DNA of 64,000 bases. It comes from an uncultured Acidobacteriaceae bacterium (GTDB lineage: Bacteria > Acidobacteriota > Terriglobia > Terriglobales > Acidobacteriaceae). The translations under genes were made by a program, and so were the position numbers. The stretch spans positions 446,311 to 510,310 of the forward strand of contig CAVSUN010000005.1 in assembly GCA_963731345.1 (NCBI GenBank). Direction: 5' to 3'. Within the stretch, counting starts at the first letter, position 1. Each line of letters starts with the position of its first letter. Shown one piece after another: positions 56,876-64,000 of this stretch. The notes below the pieces were generated by a model. It had not been told where the DNA came from. It ran no database searches and saw only the letters and a program-made list of their open reading frames with translations.

Positions 56876-57028
56876 CAATGAGTGCGTTGCGCTCTCGGGT
56901 TTTGCCGTTGGGCGTTTTACAGGAAGGAACCGCCTCAAGCGGTGATGCTTTGACGAGCGGTCTTCATGCCGCCAGAAAGGTAGGTTAGTTTCCGTGAGCA
57001 CATCCCCGCAGAGGGGGCGATGGAAGTT

Positions 57029-57952
57029 CTATTCCTCGAAGTAGCTCGAATCTAGTTTTGGTACGTGGAGCGGACGAAGGGTGACACCAATTCCGTGCTC
57101 GACCATCAATTCGGCGAGCTTAATACCGTTAAGAAGGACGATTCGCTCGACTGACTTTGCAAACTCTGTTGCCTGTGGCGTGAAGTTCGATGTCGTGATG
57201 AACACGCCCTTGGTTGCTTTCTGCCCGGCAAGCGCGCCGTAAAACGCTTGAACTTCCGGGCGTCCAACGACACTTTGCCACCGCTTAGCTTGAACGTATA
57301 CCTTTTCCAAGCCGAGACGGTCCAGGGAAATGACGCCATCTATTCCTGCGTCGCCGGGGCCGCCAATCCTTGCCAAATCCTCTTCACTTCTGCCGTACCC
57401 AATTTTGTAAAGAACGTCGAGGACAATATCCTCAAAATGTTCCGGCGAGACTTTAGAAAGCGTTTCAACAAGCTCTGCGGTGACGCTTTGTCGCAGTTCG
57501 GCGAGCGCCTGCTCAAGCCGGTCATCCGGGCTCACTTTAGCTGTATCAGGTGGAGCTGGAGTAGTAAGGGTGGCGGTCACAGATTCTTGAGAGTCAGATG
57601 CCGCACTAAGACGGACGTCAGTGTTCTCGGTAGCAAGCTTTTCCACCGTTTCCGGCGATAAGGGGGTAGGATGACTGCTCGCGAAGGTACGGCCTTGTTC
57701 GGTCAATTGCCAATATCCGAATTTGGGGCTTTGCGAGAATCCCGCGCGCTTGAGGCGGTCATGCGCCCAACCCGCACGATTCTTGTAAACCCGCTGAGCG
57801 CCGCTCGGGAGTATTTCGGAACGGTCGGCATCGCTCAGATGCAATGCGTCGGCTGCGGCGTTATGTACCTCGGCTGCGGCGGCTCCGTCGGGGTGCTCAG
57901 CTAAGTACCGCAGTACGGGCTCAATGAATTTGTCGTATGTCGGAACAGGCAA
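57029..57952 (-). CDS. mrr: Mrr-type (type IV) restriction endonuclease
   Basis: TTG at 57952 after GGAGG gives (M)PVPTYDKFIEPVLRYLAEHPDG (Mrr_N winged helix). C-terminal FEDIVLDVLYKIGYG..GDAGIDGVI..VYVQAKRWQ..VGRPEVQAFYGAL..KGVFITTSNFT is Mrr_cat. Confidence 0.8.
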   Translation of the reverse strand: MPVPTYDKFIEPVLRYLAEHPDGAAAAEVHNAAADALHLSDADRSEILPSGAQRVYKNRAGWAHDRLKRAGFSQSPKFGYWQLTEQGRTFASSHPTPLSPETVEKLATENTDVRLSAASDSQESVTATLTTPAPPDTAKVSPDDRLEQALAELRQSVTAELVETLSKVSPEHFEDIVLDVLYKIGYGRSEEDLARIGGPGDAGIDGVISLDRLGLEKVYVQAKRWQSVVGRPEVQAFYGALAGQKATKGVFITTSNFTPQATEFAKSVERIVLLNGIKLAELMVEHGIGVTLRPLHVPKLDSSYFEE

Positions 57953-58218
57953 TTGAACCTCCGGGCCGCGCGTGTTTCGCCGTGGCTTGGGGCATCGCCC
58001 CGATTGTACCGTGATGGCGCAAATGCAATTAAGCGACGCGCCGGTTCCCGGGCACGTCGGCTCTTGAGCCTGCTTTTCTCTAGCTGTCGCCTTCTCCGCA
58101 CCCCCCGCGCGGAGGGGGCGGACGGGGTACGTGCTACGATGATGCGATTCCATAGCCTCAGCAATAGCGGACTGACGCCCCGTTTTCCGCGTGGAAACCT
58201 TGTTGCGGATTCGCACCC

Positions 58219-61200
58219 ATGCGCGCGCCAACCCAGCAAACGACAGCCGACCCGGTTCCTAGTGATCCGAAGAAAATCTGCACGTGGTTCGCGGAGGCCG
58301 TCCGGCACGAAATCGAAGAACTTACAAAAACTGGAAAACAAGCGCAATACGAGGTTCACTCGGGCAGCTTTCAGCAGTTGGCAGCAAACGGCGATGCAGT
58401 CTTTCGTTTCCGTCTTGCAGACGGCACCCTCATCCCGGAAGATTCTTCGGGCTACCTACACATTGGGGAGTCCAAATATCGTGCAACGGTAATCAGTCAG
58501 CAGGAAATTGTCATTTTCATCCAAGTCGTTGGTCTGAATGCGCCCAATGTACCTAGGGCGCTGTTGGCGATTGATGACACTGCTCTACTGGAAAGGCTTG
58601 CTGAACAACTGGAAAACGTCGCTGCAAGCATCGGCGTAGGGCCAATAGCAGTGTCTGCCTTTCACCCAAGCAACGCGATAGTGAACAAGGACTCAACGGT
58701 CGATTTAAGCGCGTCACCGCTTAGTGACGAACAGCGCCAGGTCTTGCGGCAGGCTCTAGGTTCAACTGTTACCTACGTATGGGGGCCGCCGGGCACCGGA
58801 AAGACACACCTAATTGCTCATCTAATCGCTGCCCTCCTGTCCAGCAAACAGCGAGTGCTACTCACTAGCCATACGCACGTGGCAGTAGACCAAGCGCTCT
58901 ACGAGACGGTGAAATATGAAAATACCCACGCTCAGTATGCTTCGTCTGATGGTCCCGTCGAGTTTATGCGGCACACCTCTTGCCCAAACTGCGGGTTCTC
59001 TTGGAACGAACACCCCCAGAGTGGCGAGTGCCCCTTGCACTCAGAGTTGAACCAAACACGCTCAAGGTCGAAAGGGCCACTCGCAAATGACCCGCTCATT
59101 GCGGAAGGGAAAATTCTGCGTCTTGGCAGAACACAGGACCCAAAGGTCGGAACGGACTTCAGGTTCGAGGATGTCGTGGCGCGACGGTCAGGGCAGATTA
59201 GCGGTGATCTCGCGAAAGCGCAACACGAACTGCAGCACCTCACAGCGGACCGCGATTCGCTTACCGACCAACTTCGTGAGTGGGACCAATTGGACGCCCT
59301 GAAGCGTCAATTGGAACAGACAGACGTAAGCGCGAGAGAAGCCCGTGGCCGACTGTCACGCGCGGAGAGTGAGCTCAAAGCCCGGCAGCAGAGTGTGTCG
59401 CGCTGCGAAATTGATTTGGGTAGCCTGCAAGCTGCGTGGTTCTTTCGTGAGGTCCGGGAGCGAAACACAAGACGAAGGCTGGAGCGCTGTGAGACTGATT
59501 TTGAAAAGGCAAGACAAGAATATGCGCTTGCTTTTGACGCTGTCCAACAGGCTGAACAAACGTATGAACATGCAAGCAGGGCTGTGCAGCTTCAAGAGGG
59601 CTGTTGCGCAGGTTTGAGGCAGCGGACCGAAATCACTGCTAGGCTTTCGACTCTCAATCCTCGAATCGCTGATGTGGAAACCTCGATTCAGAAGCTAGAG
59701 CTGGACATTGCGAGCCTGGCCAAAGCAGTGCTATCCGACGCTGTAGCTGTGTTCTGTACCCTCACGAAGAACTACATTGGCAGGGAACTAGACGCCGAGT
59801 CTTTCGACGCTGTCATTGTGGACGAGATATCAATGGCACTCCCTCCTCTGGTGCTATTGGCGGCTGCACGGGCCACATCGCGACTCATTCTAGTGGGCGA
59901 CTTCCATCAGCTCCCTCCAATCGTTCGCAGCGATTCTGAGATTAGTAGCGTCCGACTGCGCCAGGACATTTTTCACCTAGCGGGAGTTGTTGCAGGTAAT
60001 AGTCGCATAACCTCCGAGTCGCCCGTGCTCGCGCGTCTGTCCACCCAAAGAAGGATGGTTCCGGAAATTGCGGATGTTGCAAGGCACCTTGTATATTCTT
60101 CACACCTCAAAGACCATGACGCCGTTTTCGATCGGGAATGTCCCGGGTGGCTGAGCTTCTTGCCGGATTCTCCGCTCGTTGTCGTAGACACTGCGGACCT
60201 TCACTGCTGGAGCGGCAAACAACCAGGCAGCCTCAGCCGTTTCAACTTCTATTCCGCGCAGCTAGCCACAGAGCTGGCGAGTATGGCCGCCGCGGACTGC
60301 CCAAAGCCCGCCGAAGGAGAGCCGCCTGAAATCGGCATCGTCACACCTTATGCCGCTCAGCGTCGCTTGTTGAATAGACATCTGATGGCAATGCAACTGG
60401 AGTCTTGGGTTGCGGCGGGGACCGTGCATACCTTCCAGGGAAAGGAGGCGAAATTCATAATCTTCGATTCAGTGTTGGATGAGCCTTACTATTCAGCTCG
60501 GCTGTGCGACCCCCGCAACCTTGGTGAGATTTTAAGAGAGCTAAATGTCGCCGTAACCCGCTCTAAGTTCAAGTTTGCCTTTATCGGGTCGTCCGAATGG
60601 CTAAACAAACACGCCTCGCCTGCAAGTGCTTTAGGCAAACTATGGATGTATCTCCAAAATAATGCCGAGTTTGTGCCCGCAGCCGACTTGGTAGAGTCGG
60701 GTTTCGGGCAGCGGGTGCTGGAACGCGATTCATCCGAGACATGGCAGTTGCCTCTTTCCCGCGACAACGACCGCGTACATCAAGTCCTTGATGAGAATAC
60801 GTTTTTCGAGTATTTCTTATGCGACCTAAGGACATGCTCTCAAAACATCTTCGGTTTAGTACCTTACTTTGGCGAATATCGCTGGCCGCGCATTGAGCCT
60901 AGCCTTAGTGCGGCGCTCGAACGCAGCGTCGAGGTGACGCTGGTCACACCGCCTTTAGCAGAGGCCGCGAACAGGGCATATGTCGAAGCGGCGATTCGGC
61001 ATCTTCGCGAGTTAGGTGCAGTCGTAATCTGTGCCTCTGGATTGCACGGCAAAGACATCATCATAGATGAACGCATCTGTTACACGGGAAGTTTGAATTG
61101 GGCGAGCCATCGCGGACGGCTCGAAATCATGCACCGGACGGTTAATGAGCAACTCGCTGCTCTCATGCTCAAGTATTTGCAAGCTCGTTTTATTCGAGAA

Positions 61201-61509
61201 GCTGCGGTTTTCGAGGATGGCACCGCGCGGCTTTGTCCCTTCTGTCACAAGGCAACGCAAGTTGTGAATCAGCGCCGACAACATGGTCCTTGGGATTTTC
61301 AAGCTATGAAGGTCGGATGCTCCAATCCAGAATGCCAACAATATCTTCGGTCAATAGACGAACGCCCGCCTTTCAGAGTAACTCCAACTTGCGCCCAGGA
61401 CGGACAAACTAAGCTGCGAAGAGTACGCCGGGGCCGAGGGGAAGCATGGGAATGCCCCAAACACCCAAGAGCTGAGCGCGAAAAAGTTGTACCCGGCGAC
61501 CCGCCTTGA
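58219..61509 (+). CDS. SF1 (DNA2/Upf1-like, AAA_11/AAA_12) helicase fused to an HKD PLD-family nuclease domain and C-terminal zinc ribbons
   Basis: Walker A GPPGTGKT (58783-58806), DEISMA, LILVGDFHQLPP, STQRRM, IVTPYAAQ, VHTFQGKEA, NVAVTRSK. CCCH knuckle CPNC..CPLH (58981-59040). Coiled-coil insert. HKD LHGKDIIID..GSLNW (61045-61068 onward). CPFC/CSNPEC/C..CPKH (61234-61470). Confidence 0.85.
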   Translation: MRAPTQQTTADPVPSDPKKICTWFAEAVRHEIEELTKTGKQAQYEVHSGSFQQLAANGDAVFRFRLADGTLIPEDSSGYLHIGESKYRATVISQQEIVIFIQVVGLNAPNVPRALLAIDDTALLERLAEQLENVAASIGVGPIAVSAFHPSNAIVNKDSTVDLSASPLSDEQRQVLRQALGSTVTYVWGPPGTGKTHLIAHLIAALLSSKQRVLLTSHTHVAVDQALYETVKYENTHAQYASSDGPVEFMRHTSCPNCGFSWNEHPQSGECPLHSELNQTRSRSKGPLANDPLIAEGKILRLGRTQDPKVGTDFRFEDVVARRSGQISGDLAKAQHELQHLTADRDSLTDQLREWDQLDALKRQLEQTDVSAREARGRLSRAESELKARQQSVSRCEIDLGSLQAAWFFREVRERNTRRRLERCETDFEKARQEYALAFDAVQQAEQTYEHASRAVQLQEGCCAGLRQRTEITARLSTLNPRIADVETSIQKLELDIASLAKAVLSDAVAVFCTLTKNYIGRELDAESFDAVIVDEISMALPPLVLLAAARATSRLILVGDFHQLPPIVRSDSEISSVRLRQDIFHLAGVVAGNSRITSESPVLARLSTQRRMVPEIADVARHLVYSSHLKDHDAVFDRECPGWLSFLPDSPLVVVDTADLHCWSGKQPGSLSRFNFYSAQLATELASMAAADCPKPAEGEPPEIGIVTPYAAQRRLLNRHLMAMQLESWVAAGTVHTFQGKEAKFIIFDSVLDEPYYSARLCDPRNLGEILRELNVAVTRSKFKFAFIGSSEWLNKHASPASALGKLWMYLQNNAEFVPAADLVESGFGQRVLERDSSETWQLPLSRDNDRVHQVLDENTFFEYFLCDLRTCSQNIFGLVPYFGEYRWPRIEPSLSAALERSVEVTLVTPPLAEAANRAYVEAAIRHLRELGAVVICASGLHGKDIIIDERICYTGSLNWASHRGRLEIMHRTVNEQLAALMLKYLQARFIREAAVFEDGTARLCPFCHKATQVVNQRRQHGPWDFQAMKVGCSNPECQQYLRSIDERPPFRVTPTCAQDGQTKLRRVRRGRGEAWECPKHPRAEREKVVPGDPP

Positions 61510-61882
61510 GTCTCCGTTTGATTTGGGCGATGCTGTGAGCATCGAGCGCGTCTGACAACGCGGTACTTCTTGAACTTTCTCAAGTTGTACCCGCAGTAAA
61601 TAATGCGAGCTTCAATGACGGACGATGCCGCGCGGTTGTCGCCGTGATAGCGCCTTCAGCGCATCCAGATTGTTTCCTAAATGGGCATGTTTTCGGAGCT
61701 GGCATCTCCATAGGAATGTCCCGGCAGGGGGCTCCAGTAGAAGGTTCGGAACGTGGATGAAGGTCTTTCATCGTCGCTTCGGCTGAGCCAACCAAGTTTG
61801 GGCATGGACGCTCTGATTGTTAACAGCCGGGCAAATCGCGTCTCCCGTCATGTGAAACCGTTTGCTACGCGGCGCGGAAGGC

Positions 61883-62656
61883 TTAAGTTGCGTCCTTTTG
61901 CAGCCCAAACGATTCTGCGAGCTGCTGTACACGGTCGCGCTGCGCTGTTGTAAGCTGCTTCATTCGCTTCCCCGGATAAAGTTGCTTGAGCGCCCGCTGG
62001 TTCCTACGAAAGCGATAGACTTGGGCACCGCTCACGCATGTTCGGGAGCAATAGTCTTGGTCAATTCGAGTCTTAGCAAATAGCTTTCCGCAGCCGTCCC
62101 TTGCTTCGGGGCAGATGCCGACGTACATCCGCACAGGCGTAAATCGCTCACCGCCCTTAGCCTTGGCGAGGCTGGTTCTGACTGTCTTGTCCAGTAATCG
62201 AAGCAGCTTGAAAACTACAGCTTCCAACTTAGCTTCGCTGTGTTCGGTGGCGGATTGCCCTAGTCGGTCAGGAATTGTGCTGACGTATTCCACGCCTTCA
62301 GCCCGCGTGAATATCACTTTCACGTACTTCAACGAATGTTCTATTTCCCTGTTACCAGCAGCCGCCCGGAGAACGCGAGCGAATTCCTGTTGCGCCTGAT
62401 TGACTTCGATTCCTCGAAAGGAATCGTTCTTCCACGGATGCTCAGTCATCAAGGCATTGATCTGCTTTGCAACGGTGACACCCTCATAAGGCCGCAGGTT
62501 CCGTGCCCAAAGAAAGCAGGTCAATTCCAACTCTGCATTCAATTGGCTCTCTGGCGTCGAAATCTTTCGCTGCGAGAGATCGACGGTCCATGTCAGCCGG
62601 TCCAATGGTCTCGCGCCCACCCGCTTCATTGCTCCCAAGATCAAGGGCTCCTTCAT
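61883..62656 (-). CDS. hypothetical protein with C-terminal CGNR-like zinc finger
   Basis: CPEARDGCGKLFAKTRIDQDYCSRTCVSGAQVYRFRRNQ resembles the CGNR zinc-finger pattern. Confidence 0.45.
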   Translation of the reverse strand: MKEPLILGAMKRVGARPLDRLTWTVDLSQRKISTPESQLNAELELTCFLWARNLRPYEGVTVAKQINALMTEHPWKNDSFRGIEVNQAQQEFARVLRAAAGNREIEHSLKYVKVIFTRAEGVEYVSTIPDRLGQSATEHSEAKLEAVVFKLLRLLDKTVRTSLAKAKGGERFTPVRMYVGICPEARDGCGKLFAKTRIDQDYCSRTCVSGAQVYRFRRNQRALKQLYPGKRMKQLTTAQRDRVQQLAESFGLQKDAT

Positions 62657-62778
62657 ACGTAAGCCTCCCGTTTGGCGTAATAGTATTACTTCCTTGATTT
62701 AACTACTCAAGCACACGATTATATTACAGACGCCTGCTGAGGGGGGCAGCGGCCTCAATTCCGATTGGAGCATTCAAG

Positions 62779-63273
62779 ATGACTGACGCAATTGATGAGT
62801 TGGTAGCACGCTCAAAGGATTGTCCCGAATTGCGGGCATTCCATGACTTTCACCGGAAGCACCCGGAAGTCCTGGATTTCTTGGTAGAGGAAATCCGTCT
62901 GCGCATCTCCCACGGTTTCCGGGCGTTTGCGTTTCAATCGCTGTGGAGTTACGCACGTTGGAAACTTGAAGTGACGAAGGGACCAACTGACACATACAAG
63001 ATGAATGACCACCTCTGCCCCTTTTACTCCCGGGCAATCATCATCTTGCACCCGGAAGAGTTTAACGGCCTAGCCGAACTCCGTCCCGCGAAAGCGGACG
63101 AGATTTTCGACACTCGGATTGAGCCGGAGCAGGGCAAGCGCCCGAAGAATTACGCGCGGCGGCTGCAATGGGCGGACAGCACCGCGATTGAGGACGGATG
63201 GCGGCCTAGCACTCCGCACGTGGTCAATCAGTCCGTAAACCGCAAACCCGATATTCACGGAAAGGGAGAGTGA
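62779..63273 (+). CDS. hypothetical protein upstream of PrimPol
   Basis: 164-aa ORF directly preceding the PrimPol gene (5-nt gap). No motif recognised. Confidence 0.4.
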   Translation: MTDAIDELVARSKDCPELRAFHDFHRKHPEVLDFLVEEIRLRISHGFRAFAFQSLWSYARWKLEVTKGPTDTYKMNDHLCPFYSRAIIILHPEEFNGLAELRPAKADEIFDTRIEPEQGKRPKNYARRLQWADSTAIEDGWRPSTPHVVNQSVNRKPDIHGKGE

Positions 63274-63277
63274 GCAC

Positions 63278-64000
63278 ATGAGCACCTTCCTAGATATTGC
63301 GCTTGCCTGTGTCCGGCGCGGTTGGTTCGTTCACCCACTCAAGCCGAGCGGCAAGATTCCAGTCACCAAGCATGGCAAGAATGACGCAACACTTGATGAG
63401 GCCCAAGTCCGCGAATGGTGGGCACGCAATCCCGCCTGCAACGTGGGCATCTCATGCGGACCTAGTGGGCTGTGCGTCCTGGACGTGGACCACGGCCTCA
63501 AGGATGAGCAGGACTTCAAGGCGTGGCGTGACCGCAACGGCTTGCCCGTCACGTATGCTGTGCGCTCAGGCCGTCGCGATGAGTACGGCGTCCAAAGCTA
63601 CTACCGGGGCACACTACCGGACGGACGTTTTGAGCTGGACGGCGCGCGTGGTGACATCAAGAGCGCGGGCGGGTTGGTGCTCGCAGCGGGCGACATTCAC
63701 CCGGTCACCGGCGAAGCATACTACGTGCTGGAGGACGCACCGCTTACGCCGGTCCCCGCAATCGTTGACCAATCGCGCGTGAGGCAGCAAGTTTCTGCCG
63801 CGTTGGAGGGCGGAGACATCACGGAAAACCGTAACCTTGCCATGACAAGCATACTCGGCAAGATGCGTGACGCCGGACTTTCAGATGAGCTGCTGCGGGA
63901 CTATGCCCTCCGTACCAATGAAGCTCGGATGAAGCCGCCGCTTGATGAGGATGAGCTAGAGGGCATCATCCGCAACGCTTGCAAGTGGCCCATCCCCACA
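63278..64000 (+). CDS. bifunctional DNA primase/polymerase (PrimPol) N-terminal domain protein, 3' end outside the window
   Basis: ATG at 63278 after GGGAGAG; read by hand because the frame stays open to the window end and is missing from the ORF track. ALACVRRGWFVHPLKP..KIPVTKHG, NVGISCGPSGLCVLDVDH and GGLVLAAGDIHPVTGEAY, then a PriCT-like RNLAMTSILGKMR. Confidence 0.72.
   Translation, partial: MSTFLDIALACVRRGWFVHPLKPSGKIPVTKHGKNDATLDEAQVREWWARNPACNVGISCGPSGLCVLDVDHGLKDEQDFKAWRDRNGLPVTYAVRSGRRDEYGVQSYYRGTLPDGRFELDGARGDIKSAGGLVLAAGDIHPVTGEAYYVLEDAPLTPVPAIVDQSRVRQQVSAALEGGDITENRNLAMTSILGKMRDAGLSDELLRDYALRTNEARMKPPLDEDELEGIIRNACKWPIPT

Larger units (their letters stand above)
53535..64000. mobile_element. 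integrative genomic island (defence cargo plus PrimPol), truncated by the window end
   Basis: Partial tRNA junction. More AT-rich by eye. Content: Mrr, helicase-PLD, DUF5131/TcmP, PrimPol. No integrase is seen inside the window. Confidence 0.6.

Noticed and set aside
57953-58231. 93-aa N-terminal extension of the Mrr ORF, overlapping the helicase-PLD start
   Set aside because: The extension is basic, low-complexity sequence. The TTG at 57952 with a GGAGG Shine-Dalgarno sequence yields the canonical Mrr N-terminus (PVPTYDKFIEP) and a normal ~307-aa protein.

Overview
High-GC bacterial chromosomal window. Gene content, including a VWFA-related acidobacterial-domain protein, suggests an Acidobacteriota (Terriglobia-like) genome; this is inference. 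Core genes include a CHASE3 histidine kinase, an M28 peptidase, a PadR plus multicopper oxidase pair, dnaE, accA, korAB, glgB, mazG, a GDPD, an MFS transporter, a DUF3300/DUF2950 pair, a DsbA-like protein, a TetR regulator, DoxX and an ECF sigma pair. A dlt-like acylation cluster (acyl-AMP ligase, carrier protein, SGNH protein, MBOAT) sits next to a DUF5989/SxtJ-like/carbamoyltransferase trio. Two accessory regions interrupt the core. (1) About 11.67-26.07 kb, between accA and korA, is a compact Mu-like transposable element. It has a repressor/Ner-like switch, a translationally coupled HTH, MuA-like, MuB-like and GemA-like operon, imperfect terminal inverted repeats, a tape-measure-like giant protein, and a DNA methyltransferase fused to an Mrr-type nuclease domain at the right end. 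Head and packaging genes are absent. (2) From 53.5 kb to past the window end is an island that starts at a 50-nt 3' fragment of tRNA-Pro(GGG). It carries an orphan with a HEPN-like Rx4H motif, a DUF5131 (Gp37/Gp68) plus TcmP pair, Mrr, a 1096-aa SF1 helicase/PLD-nuclease/zinc-ribbon fusion (Mokosh type II-like), a CGNR-like zinc-finger protein and a PrimPol. The best candidate for an undescribed system is the DUF5131/TcmP module, possibly with the HEPN-like neighbour. Its promoter regions share a TGTGCA(A/C) motif, and it sits in this defence-type island next to the Mrr and helicase-PLD pair. All calls rest on reading the translated ORFs and the DNA by eye; no searches were run.
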